Positions 51,401-64,000 of a DNA stretch of 64,000 bases are shown here, piece by piece. Source of the stretch: Trichinella spiralis (lineage: Eukaryota); NCBI RefSeq assembly GCF_000181795.1, contig NW_003526943.1, forward strand, positions 870,487-934,486. Reading direction: 5' to 3'. The notes beneath the pieces were generated by a model. The model saw only the letters and a program-made list of their open reading frames with translations. It made no database searches and was not told the DNA's origin. The position numbers and the translations under genes were made by a program. Numbering within the stretch: the stretch's first letter is position 1; each line of letters starts with the position of its first letter.

Positions 51401-54400
51401 TCGACGATAAAGTGGATCGTTCAAATTAACTGCTCTGCTCATCGTCAAGTCACATAATGCGTCGAAAGCCAACAAACCACCAACTGCATCACCACAAATG
51501 GATACCTGATTTTAAAATAAAATAAATAACAATAATAATAGGATTTTTTAGCATAACAAGTAACAACAAGAATAACAACATACTTTGCCATCAAATCCAA
51601 CACCTTCATCACTTTGCAAAAAATCAGAATAAACTTGGTTGGCCTTTTGCACAATCGTAACAACACATTCAGCGTATTTCGACGATGAAACTGACAAGAT
51701 TGGAATTAGTGATGGAATAAAATTCCAAAACTGTCTCGACATGTCCAAATTTTGACCATATCCAATTCCATAAGGGCATATACTAAACGTTATTTGAATA
51801 AAAATTCAAAAAACTTTTTTTTGCTCAATAAATTCATTCATTCATTCATTCATTATTATTATTGTTATTACTGTTATTATTAAAAGCATGCGTATGTAAC
51901 ATTTTAAATTGATCAATCACCTTTGCAACAGCTTCAAACTTTCGCCAAACGAATTTGTACATGGCACCAATCGTACAGCTATTGCTCCGTGCATTATTTC
52001 ATATTGTGCTTTTATGACAGATTCAAGTGTCATTCTAAGATCAGAAAAAAACATTATTATTATAATGATTTTTTTCAATATAACACATTCTAATATAAAT
52101 ATGAACCGAAATAAAGCAAAAAAAATAAACAACCTAAAAGTGTTGAGATCAAGTTGTTTCGAATGACTGAGAACGTTGTCATGGCCACTGTCCAAAATGG
52201 AGCCGCCGTGAAATAAAAGCAAAAGATGTTTAACCTTATTATCACTAGTAGATAATGTATTGCTAACTTTTCTACAGCTGTACTCGGAATTATCTAAATA
52301 AATTAAATATTTTTATTTCAAAAAAACGATAACAGCAGAAATACATTATTTATTACGAATGCATTTATGAAAGTTAAATAAATAAATTTACAAACCACTC
52401 TGCAGTTGACATTGATACTGCGTTGTTTCAGACAAACATTCTTCTACAATAAATAATAAATGTTTGAGAAAGTTCAACAAATAAACATAGCATGACTGAT
52501 CATGGCATTACCAACAGCATCGTAAAATTCCTCTTCGTCATCTTCAAACACGGACAGAATATCCGTTTCTGGATTCGCCGCATTGGACATAGCAACGACT
52601 TCTGAAAGTACAAAATAATATTACCAGTAGGAAAAATAATTAATGAATATTATAATCTTGTTACCAGTTGCAGAATTTTTGTTTTTAATTTTTTCAAGAT
52701 AATGCCTTGTTTCTGCACTTAAAGAGTCGTCAATTTTAGCAACATTCGCCATCTACAACTTTCGACAGTTACAAAATAACAATACAGTAATTGATTGTAC
52801 AAAAGCACACTTTGGCTTGAAGAGCTAACTGAGCTTCATTTTCCAAACGTCTGACATCATCAATGGTAAGTCCGCACCATTCATCTTGCCAAGCCCAAGC
52901 TTGTCTGTGGGCACGCAGCATCACTCTTCGAAGAGCTGAAACAGCAACAGTGCAGTGATTAAAAAAATCTCATCCATACCAATTATAAACTGAATTACCA
53001 TAGTCATGTATAAATTTTTCAATTTTCGACTGCATACCCCAGTAACAGAAATGCACTTTGCACAGTTTGTACGCGCACATTATTGGACGTCCATTCTCTT
53101 GACAATCCTTAATCCAACTTTCTTTCAACGGACCACGCCCAGTGACGGTCGATTTGTACAACTTTGGATCTTCATCTTTGCAATAATCTTGAGCCGGATA
53201 TGAATCATTGACAATGTCCATCAAATCTAAAATAAATAATACAACAATTTCAAATTATCCAATAAATAAATAAATAAATAAATAAATTTACCGACAATAC
53301 GATCGTTCAATTGACTAGATGTCAAATTGAAAACGTTCTCCTGTATGCCGGCATCATCGAAATATTTTGTTTCCACTTCGAGTGAAAATTTTTCCACAAA
53401 TGGACACGAAAATTTTGTTTTCGTGTGCGGATAAGCGTTCCATGCTTCTTCCACAACTCGCAACGCTGACTCGGGCAAAATGGATCGAAACCATGCTAAA
53501 ATGCTACTTGATTTTACAAACAATATTTCACATCTGACATGCGCAAAGCTATTATCAAATTCAAACAACAAGTTTCAATAATGTAAATTAAAAAAAAATA
53601 ATTTTTAATTTTATACATAAAAATAAAAATAATTATTGAAAGTTTTCCAAGTGAAAAATTACTCAGTCAAGAAAATAAGCAAAATAATAAATCAATCACT
53701 ACGCTGGACGGACGCATAATTATTATTAATTTATGTTATATGTTGTGTTCATAAAATTTAAATAAATAAATCACACAGAAAGAGAAACAACAAACCGGGT
53801 AAATGACTGCCAATGTGATAAATTTTAAACGTGTACTGTCCACGTTCTCCACTTTCATCATCATTGTACGGCTCATTGACTATAATTTCTACTCCACTAC
53901 CAGCTCCTTTCGTTTCTTCTCGACTCTTTTTCTGCATTTTGAAATTAATTAAAATCAAAAATGTACAAATAATTTTAAAAAATATGAATAAACTATCTTG
54001 AAATTTGTTGAAATCATTTCTTTATTGCTACATGATCGTAGTGAAATTGAATTTAAAAACAATAATTCCAACTTTTAGAATTAATTTTCATTCGTTGTAT
54101 CAAAATCTATATTCTGCATGTAAAAATGAAAATCATCAATTTGATCAAATCTGATCCAACTGAACTTTCGAAACCTTCAATTACAACTAACACTTCCAAA
54201 AAGTAAAAGATAGACAAATAAAGCAATAAATATTTCAAAAAAAGGGAAAAACATATAAGCGCATGATTATTAATTTATTTCCAACTACTGAACATGGGAA
54301 ATTAAAGAAGAAAGAAAAATCAATACTGATGATTAGAATTTCTCAATCAATCAAATGTAAAAATTTTCCACTTTTCGCAATTGAATTGAAATTGCAAATT

Positions 54401-55414
54401 TGTGGCAATATTTTTCTCAATTTAAATGTTCCCCTTTCACAGTTGTGTTCAATCAATTGTTCAACAACGTTGGCAAACATTCAAAAATACCATCATTTTC
54501 TTCTAATAATGACCAGTAATAATTAACATTTTGATGAACCATTTATAAATTTGTTTCACAGCAAAGATCAGAAAAAAAATAAACAACATGACGTATGTAG
54601 TAGCAGTTGTGATTATTATTTAGCCAACTGCTGCCGATTCACTTGCTCTCAAATTAGCTGGTTAAAATTTGAAAAAAAAACCTAGCATTAATCCTTTTCC
54701 CATTTTCAAGTGAAACAGAACATTTTTGATTTGTACTTCAATTTCATTCATGTATTCGTTCTCAAATCTTTGAAAAGTGCAAAAATAAAATACCCAACAA
54801 AAACGGAGACAACTTGGAAAGCATAGATACAGAATGCCTGTTTGCAACATTTCAAAAATAACTGAGACGAGGAAGCAGCAAGCATGCTTAACATTTCCCG
54901 GATGATAAACCATCTTGTGACGCAACAAATTGTTCAAAACTGTCTAAATTTATGCATCAGATGCCGCTTTTTGACATAACGAAAAACAACATTAATTAAC
55001 AATATTAAGCAAATGAATGCAATCTGCTTTCAGCTCAACGAAAAGGAAAGTTAACACGCACGCGTATATTATATATATATATATATTATATACGCACTTA
55101 CAGTTGATGCGCGTATGAAAATGAAAACATTCGATTAGCTTCCATTAAGTCAAAAAGCTCGACTAATTAACCATCAGGAGATTGAACGCGATGAAAAATG
55201 TCGAAAAAAGTCAAAGTAAACTAACTAAACGATCAAAAACTGTGTTAAACATATTTTCAAACATGAAAATTAAATACAATAATAATAATAATAATATGCA
55301 ATTTACAAAGCTGTTTTACATCAATTAAACACATACCTGAATCATGTATAGTTGAGCTATGCGATACTCCTCAACAGTCATCGGCAATAAAATTCTGTAC
55401 TCTTTGATGAGCAT
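48426..55414 (-). CDS. rdgB: Membrane-associated phosphatidylinositol transfer protein (RdgB/Nir/PITPNM): PITP, FFAT, DDHD and LNS2 domains
   Basis: Starts MLIKEYRILLPMTVEEYRIAQLYMIQ. PITP motifs GSGVEIIVNEPY, EEAWNAYP and MCAYKLCKV. FFAT DDEEEFYDA at about 52515-52545. DDHD motifs YNLYYATDP and IFHASFWES. LNS2 motifs VVFSIDGSFTAS and AYGS. Confidence 0.97.
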
Positions 55415-57022
55415 TTTGTTGATCAAACTGTAAAACAACTTCAATTTGAAATAAATCAGCAATATCAGTCAGAGAAATAGACAACGGCAAACAAATATGC
55501 ACAAGTTATCACTTGAAATCCGGTAAACTATCTATCTATCTATCTATCTTGTTACTAGAATAGTAACATCTATTCATTCCACATTCTAAATACAGAAAAA
55601 AATATTTCATTGAAAAAAAAGAATATATTGCTGTATCAGTTGATTAATGAGAGCACGATGACGATGCAGTTGATGATGAACTGAAGGAGAAGATTTGGAA
55701 TGCTGCCACGTTAAGCGGTAAGCCAAAAGGAAATCTTCAAACCGTGTCCAAGCGACAATGCAGCTTCGAGTGTCGTACAGATCGATAAAATCGACTCAAA
55801 CGCCTGCAGCTTTCATTGAAGCTTTGGCATTTTCAAACGCAAGCTTATCGAACATCTGACTCTGGCTCCGCCGCCAATCCTCCACCTCTGTTTATTAATC
55901 GAATGCTCCAGTTCGGTCAATCAAGTCAAACATGTCGAACTGAGCATGAATGGGTTGTGCGTCTGCACGAAAACAACATACAATCACGCAAACAACTTCC
56001 ACTTCGAAACAGAGTTCAACGAATATGAGACAAAAAATCGGCAGACCGCTTCAAAAAATTACATTTCATCGCGCATTTCATTTCATTATTATTACGCAAC
56101 TTCATCCGAATCACAAACAACAAAGTAAACTAATTGAACATACTGTAGATCATTTTTGAAATGCAAGTTACACAATTGAAATGTTTACATGTTCTTCAAT
56201 GATTTTCAAAAATCAAATTTCTCTAAATATGCACAAATACGTTCACTTTTGTATCACATCTGAGAAAATTCATCACAAATTCACAATCCTCTGCAATGGA
56301 ATAAATGCAGAAAGTACAAAACTGAAAATTTGTTGAATATCAAACTGAAAACACCGCTACATTTTTTGAACATTCATAAACAGCAATGCTTTCAGTTTTG
56401 TTATTTGAATTGTAGTGTTAAATGAATTAAAAATGATAACAATTACAAAAATTCAGAAACTTCAAAATTTCTTAAGACAACCCACTGAATTAGTCAAACT
56501 GCATTGTTTCCATTCGAAAATTTACATTTACGATACAAATGCATCTCTTCTTATAATACAGCTGCTGTTGGCAAGTAAAATGAACATCATCCAAGCATGT
56601 CAAACCAACTTTCAATAGCATTTCCTCATTTTATTAAAATTTATGTCAAATTAAAGTTTCATCTTTTGCAATGCAACTCACTGTTCGCGGATTAAATAAT
56701 TCTATCGAAACAATTTCGTTTTCAAAATCTTTTAATATAATAAAACAACTATATATGATTTAGCCAACCAACCAGTCAGTTGTGCGTGCATATAGATAAA
56801 TAATAAAAACGTGCGTGCCCCTCAATCAGCTTCAACGTGAATATCAATCACATTATCGAATTCAAAAGTTACAATTCAATATAAGCTACTTGCAACGAAC
56901 GAATGAAAAATCAAACAGTATCAGGGGAAAATCTGCAACATCTAAAAAAAATTTTTAAAGGAATAAAAGTCACATGCACATATTGCTTCAAGTTAAAAAG
57001 TATAGCATTTCTACACAACGTA

Positions 57023-58323
57023 TCACAATTTATAGTTCAGTTTCTTGCCACTTCCTAAAATAAATTTCTGTGCATAAAAATAACCATAATGCATGCTTAA
57101 AAAAATTAACTCACTCAAACTGTATGTCGAACTAGTAGAAACTTCAGCATCACTATCTAAATAAGATAAAGAAAAATAAAATAAATTTACAACTGCTTTA
57201 CCAGAGCTGTGTACTTTTTTGCTTGGAGTTAGTGTTAGATTTCTTCGTCTGTCCACTGACTTTCTTCTTCAATTGCTTCGCTTCTGAAAAGTACACTTTC
57301 ATATGCTTTTCTTTAAAAAAACAGTAACAGTATAAACGAGAAAAAAAAATCAAAATCCTACTGCTGCTGCTTGGTAATTCAGACTTCTTATAAACTTTCT
57401 TTTTAGGTTCTGCAATATCGGATGTTGTATCATCAGCATCATCATCAGTGGCTTCTTCATCTTTACTTTCTTCCTTTGCTTCAATGGTACCTTTTGTTTT
57501 TACATTCTTTCGAAACGACGTGCGACGACTTCCTGAATCAAAAATTCCATTAACTATGACAATTTTTCAATACAAACGAACTTGTTGCATAAGAAGAAGA
57601 AAAAGAAGAAATATTTTTGAATTTTGAATTTTCTGAAGTACAATCTACTGGTTCATCGTCACTTCCAAATAAATCAAAATCAGCCCTTCTTTTACGACTT
57701 TCACCTACAAGCGCAGTAATACAAATATAATAATGATGGATAATTTTTACCAAACAAACAAATTCCAATTTTGTAATGAAAAAAAACGTACTTTTATTCT
57801 CAGACTTGGTTGATGCAGCAGTATTTTTCAGCTTTCCACTACCACCACTGCGTTTAGTATTTTTGTTTGTTTTCTTCTTTTTCACTTCAATACTTTCATC
57901 TATCAAAAATCATAGAAAATAATGAATTATTCAAAAAAATACATATATACATACATATTCTAAAAGGTTAAAATAACTAATACCTTCTTTCTTTTCTTCA
58001 ACAGCTTTGGTGTTCAGTTTTCTTTTCGTACTGCGCAATTCTGGGCTTCTCTTCTTTTCAGAAAAAACTCTACTATTACTCTGCTGTTGTTCTTTGTCTG
58101 AAATATTTTTCGCAAATTCAAAAGAACGTTGACTCATTTCAAATAATGTCCTCCTCGAAACATGGCCAGCCTGACCTAATGATAATAATTGAACGTCAAA
58201 TTCAATGTATAAAAAAATAAATCTATCTATTCATTTAAAACTAACGAGCTTTCCGAAAGTTCTTCAGAATGTTTCGCCTCTGGGATGCAGTTTTATTCAA
58301 CATTTCCATCTTACCACCGTCAT

Positions 58324-58356
<33 letters not shown>

Positions 58357-61300
58357 CATTACTGCTACTGCTATTTTTACTGCCACTACCATCACTAATA
58401 TTTCCGCTGCTTTCTCTGCTTTTTCTCGTACTTCTGTTCATAGAATTCGTGATATCTAATAAACATAAATAATAATACATCCAATGTGGACAAATTTATT
58501 GTGCAAACAATATCTCTGAAAATTCATACCATCCCAATTCATGATATTCGGTCTCAAATATGAACTTGATTTTGTTGTTTCTTTACTTTCAGCTTTACTA
58601 CCATTCAGTTTTTTACCTCGTTGCGCTGCTCCAAAACGCAACTTGACTAAAATTCAAAAACTTATCAAAACATTGACAGTCCTCTCTGTATGGCAAAAAA
58701 ATTCCATTAATTTTCAACAAAATCATACAACTATTTAATAACTCATCCTCGCTATCTGAGCTTGATGAATCGATTTGCATTGCCGATGCATTTTTAGCTG
58801 CTTTCAACTTTCTCTGTTCTATAAATTTTTGAAGCACAATTAAAATTTTCAAATTATCACTATTTTCAAGTAATAAACAAAATATTTAACACTATTTGTG
58901 CAAAAAAGCAAAGTAAGTACCTTTTTTATTTCGCTCAGCTTTCAATTGCCGAGATCTCAACGTGGACAATCTTGTCCGCATCACCGACACTTCTTCTTCT
59001 TCTTCTTCATCACTTTCACTCGACACCTCCCTTTTTCCCTTTTGTCTTTTCATCAAAATGCTCGATTCTAAAATAAAACACCGTAAACAACAAATAAACA
59101 AATAAAATAAATAACAACAAGAAGAGAACTTTTTATTTTATTATTCGCTTTACTGGTGATGGGAGCTTCTTCAAAATTACAATTACTATCATCGTCGTGG
59201 CTGGACGACAAAAACCCCTTCTTCTTCTCTGCCCGCCGCTTAGCAGTGTTTTCATCAACTTCTGGAAAAGTAAAAAAATTGAAAAAAATATATATGCATA
59301 CATTTAACATAACTTTTCAAACCTGAAACTTTTGATGAATCAAAAGGTGTTTTAATATTGAACTTGGTTAAATATGCAAAAAAATTATGCTCCTTGGAAT
59401 CATCATCGGATTCACTGCTCGACTCTTGGATAAAATCTAAAAATTCAAAAATAAAATCAACAGTTGAAGACAAAAATAACAACAGAAACAGCTTATTGGC
59501 AAAATCAGCATATTTTTTCAATTTGAAATATTTCTAAAAAACTTTCTTACATAAAAAAGCAGTATAAACATAAAATAAGAAAAGAAAAAGGGAAAGAAAA
59601 AACATATATGTAATTCACAAAAAAAAATAATAAGCTCACATTTGCGATGTTTGCTTTTTTTTAATGCTGAATCTTTTGGGGTTGAAGTAGACTGTTGCTT
59701 CGTCACGCTTGATTCTTTAAAAGTAAAACATATTTTTTTAATGGAATTGAAATTTAAAAAAAACTGATAAATTCATCTTACTTCCAGTGTCAATAGATCT
59801 GCGGTCAGTTTTCATATTTGTCTTCTTGGGTTTTTTCGTCATTGCTGGCTCGTCGTCACTGCTTTCCGTCAAATTCTCAACTCGATCATCAGCAGCAGAC
59901 TGCGACTTTTTGGAAGCTAATAATAAATTTATATTTTGTTTTACAAAAAAATACTTCATCCACGTCAAATACAATCAATTTTTGCTATTCTATACAAATA
60001 TATATATGCTCACCATTTTTCGTCGCCTTTCGTTTTTCCAATAATGATTTTTCTTCTTTATTATTGTCTGCAAGGAAAAAGAGAGATATTTAAAAAAATA
60101 ACAAAAGATGATATATAAAAACAAAAATAAAACACACCATTACGGAGAACTGACTGACTTGTGATTTCTTTGTCGCTAGTACTATCTCTCTGATCATCAT
60201 CAGCTCTCTTGGAAATGGAAAAACTGTCATCATCGAATGCCATCCGTTTTCTTGGTCGACCTGCAAAATAAAACCGTATAAATATGAAAATAACAAATAC
60301 ATAAATAAATAAATAAATAAATAAATAAATATCGTTTGCTTGCCTGGTGTATGCTTGTCACTTGCTGCTGCTTTTGTCTTTGCTGAATTCAAATCAGTTG
60401 TCACTGACAAACGACCATCATTAGGGTTGGTCTTGTCATTATTCACCATCTCATCTGATGATTTCTGCTTGTCTACAGCATTTTCAGAATCTTCTACCGC
60501 TGTTTTCAGTTGCGTATCCGCCTCATCTTTTCCATTCAAATCCATATCTGCAATGGTATCGTCCAAATCTGGACAAATAGTTTTCAAGAAGCTCCATTCC
60601 GCTGATTCCATCTGATCTAAAAATAACCACCAATAAGTAAGTTGTGAAATTAAGCTACTACTAGTAGTAGTAGAAATAATAACAAATATGCATGCTTCAA
60701 TGTGTATACTTACGATGGAAACTTCGACGAAGCTTATTCACGTACGCTTGACCAACATTTTCAGTTGGACTTGGATCTGATGATGCTTCTACAACTACTG
60801 GCTCTTCAGGATTAAGAATAGAATTGTCAGCAGCAAAATGCATCTCCGTCGCTTGGTATTTTTCATGCTTTTCTTTCAATTCAGCTTGCAACATATCCAA
60901 TCTTTCCTAAAATTTAAAACATTCTCAAAATAGCATCGTTTAAAAAAATGAATTTAAATTAAACAACACTACTTTTCCATCGCCTTTCCAAGTACGCTTT
61001 GCTGAGTCTACGATTGATAAAAAGCACTGCAAAACAGTATCATCTTTCAATTTCTCTTCATAGCATTTCATGCTTTCCGCCACTTTGCGAATCAAACGTT
61101 CATTGTACGTTGGCAAGGTCAAACATTTTGCCAATATATGACAGTGTTCAACATTTCTTAAGTTTCGAAATTTAAATTAAAAAAACACATAAATATTGCT
61201 TTTATATGTATACTTTGCAATGACAAAACGTTCACACAATTTGTCGATGAAACTTTCATTTTGGCGTTCCTTGTTTATAAAAGAATACAAAAATCTGAAA

Positions 61301-63953
61301 TAATAATTTAAATTTAAAAAATAAAATAAAGTAATAAATATTCATTACTTGCAAATCTGCCAACTTTTCTCTGCTCCAATTTCATTGTATTTCAACGACA
61401 ACTGACCACTAATGTCCGGTAAAATGGAAAAGAAGGTCGCTGCCTAAAGTTAGAAATTTGGAAATAAAAATTTAAGGATAAATAAAAAAATTTTTTTTTC
61501 TTCTTTTTCTCATACTTTTTCGGAATATTCTTTGAAAAATCGTTTAGCTAATGAAACTATCGTGGGATTTTCGTCAACAGTACAGAGAGCAATATCCGCT
61601 AACATTCGACCTGGTTTAGTCAAATTATGCAAAACCAAGTAACTCATAATGGAGATGCTGCACACTCGCACCGACAAATTTTCATCAAAAATTCTAAATT
61701 TCATTAAACATTAAAAAATGAAATTTTTTTAATTTTAATTTTCAAAATAAAATACAAAACAATATACCTCGAGTGAACACGTCTAGTCCAATATTCAATT
61801 TCATTAGGATGACGTGCGTACAAGTCTGGCAGCAATGTCATTATGGTTCGTCGTACGATTGGAAATTTCGATTTTTCAAGCATAGTGACAAGCAATCTAC
61901 AGTTTTCCGCACAAAATTTTTGACTAAAATATCCATTAACAAGTTATTCAATAAAAATTTTTTCTGCAAATACATATATAAGTAAATAAATAAATATATA
62001 TATATATTTTTATATAAATCTAAAACACAATTGCGAGTGGAACAATTCAAAAATATTAAAACAACAACAACCTGATAAACATCAGCTTCATCAGTGTCTC
62101 TGCCACCGCTGCTTGCAACGGTGCATAGCTGTACTTTATCGGTTGTTTGCATATCTTTATCACCAATTTCGAATATTCACCAAGAAAAGTACCATCTAAA
62201 ACACAATGATAAACAATAAATAAAATATATTCAAATAAATAATGATAACCTTTAAGAACGTATTCCTCGCATATTTTGTTCACAAAATCGCGATCTCGAT
62301 CTTCAAGGGATGCGACAGTATCCAAACCGAATACCGAATCAACCTGAAAAACATTACCACTCATCCAATTTCAACATTGAAAAATAATGATGCATTTGAT
62401 ATTTGTTGTAATTTTATTGTTATTAAACATAAAAATTACCGATTTCTTTTCATTATTATTGACTTGCTCGTTAGTATTTCTTGACTTTTTAAGCTGGTTT
62501 GACTAAAATTCAAAAATTTAAATAAGTTAAAATAAAAAACCAAAACAAATAACTCACAAATGACATATCCAAAAAATGAAAACTGCAATAAGCCACCTGG
62601 CCAAATGCAGAAAGCATTCTGGTCAGAAATAATGGATAATGTTGTTCTAAAAGAAAAAAACGTAAAGAACAAAATCATCATCATGTTCAACATTATCCAA
62701 TAGCTTAAACAGTTTACAAAAAAATACCCTTTTTGCTCTCTTCTTCACTTTTCGCGGACAATGATTTCAAAAAAGATGCACAAATAACATCTGGATTTGG
62801 AGCAGCATAAAAAATGAGCCTAACTCCATATTCCATTGCCGCTATCCAGTAGTTATCGTCATAATTAGTGACACCTCAAATTGATAATCATTATTAATTG
62901 AACAACAAAACGAACAAGACTGAAAAAATACCGTCAAGTAAGAAGCGCATTACACGACAAAATAGTGAACATTCTTCTACTTCGCAAGCAATTTCTTCCA
63001 AAAATTTCAAATTACCCTGCTAAAAAAGCACAACAACAGAAAAAATGCTTAATTACAAACTTTACAATATCAAAATTGAAAATAACAACAAACACCACAC
63101 TTTTCAATATTAAAAAAAAAATAGAAATATACTTACCCTGTCATACCATCCCAATTTGGACAAAGTGCACAATACTAAATAAGCAGAATGGAAGTCAGCG
63201 TTTTCAGATAAACCAAACACAGCCAATCGCTTGATGTTCCCACGAAGCACACTTTTATCATTACTGAAAAAAGAAGTATGAATTTAAAAAACAGAACAAT
63301 TTAAACGTAAGTAATAAGTAAACATTACACTGCAAACATGCATATAATTTTCAAAGCTATTTTCTTCTTTTCTAAAGTGTCTTTGTTATTTTGAATTATG
63401 TCCCAAGCTGGCATTAAATTAAAATTCTCAAGAATGCCTTTCTTCAATGCTATTGATACCTTAAAAATAAACATTTGGCATATAACAAAATTAAAAACAC
63501 AAACAAAAAAACATTCAATGTCAATAATCAACCATAAGCATACAAGCTTTGCTAAAGTGAAATATTGAGAATCGGTCGCCTTTTCCATGATGGTCAACAA
63601 TCTTTGTATTCTCATTTCGATAATATAACTAAAAATCGACTAAGTAATAACAAGAATTTAAGATGCTTGATTGATACTACAAATACGACTGATACCTTGC
63701 ATTGAATTCTGAGTCAATATCTACGCAAAGTTTCCGAAAAGCATTCAAAGCGCCATTTCGTACCGCTTCTTGTGTAGACCACACCAATTCAAAACATTTC
63801 CATATTGTTTCATTGTTACTTGACACATCATGTGAAACACAGTTAACCAAAAAGTCAATTGATTCGAGCACATCGGACAGTTGATTCTGATACAGCATTT
63901 CGGTAATCAATGGCAAAATCGAATGCACTTGTTGCAAAAAGCATATACTATCC
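57023..63953 (-). CDS. NCAPD2: Condensin I HEAT subunit CAP-D2/Cnd1 (5' part outside the window), with a long charged C-terminal tail
   Basis: DVLESIDFL...LVWSTQEAVRNGALNAFRKL, LQAAVAETLMKLM, TMLEKSKFPIVRRTIMTLLPDLYARHPNEIEYWT, LVLHNLTKPGRMLADIALC and SILPDISGQL align with CAP-D2 motifs. The exact stop (57023-57290) is uncertain. Confidence 0.9.
58326..58356. repeat. (CTA)n microsatellite encoding poly-Ser in a CAP-D2 tail exon
   Basis: Seen directly. The minus strand reads AGT repeats in the SSSSSSSSSSDD exon. Confidence 0.9.
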
Positions 63954-64000
63954 TGGAAAAAAAATTAAAATTACTTCCAATATATGCAAAATTAAAATCC

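Noticed and set aside
49170..51500. Non-catalytic-looking motifs in rdgB (SIDGS in LNS2, GDAVGG in the lipase-like region)
   Set aside because: Similar substitutions are normal for the RdgB/Nir family and are not novel.
1..64000. CRISPR arrays, rRNA genes or prokaryotic-type systems
   Set aside because: No regularly spaced repeats or rRNA motifs were seen, and all genes are intron-containing eukaryotic genes.

Overview
AT-rich eukaryotic genomic DNA with many short GT-AG introns (about 50-100 nt, TTTCAG/TTTTAG acceptors). It is nematode-like, probably a clade I parasite such as Trichinella (inference). Left to right: a divergent 9-exon DBF4 gene surrounded by LTR-retrotransposon debris (solo-LTR-like pieces, a BEL/Pao gag fragment, a tRNA-Lys-like remnant); a Cid1/GLD-2-family terminal nucleotidyltransferase with unusual specificity motifs; a Kelch protein; a VIP36/LMAN2 lectin; RRP5 with a 4.2-kb GC-rich exon; two damaged Cys-rich secreted paralogues; a ~22-kb tandem array of five secreted PAN/Apple-only gene copies (one domain per exon, two copies decayed) invaded by three non-autonomous piggyBac elements; an assembly gap; rdgB/PITPNM; and the 3' part of condensin CAP-D2 with a very long many-exon disordered tail. 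Exon structures were reconstructed by eye, so some boundaries are approximate and no database searches were run.
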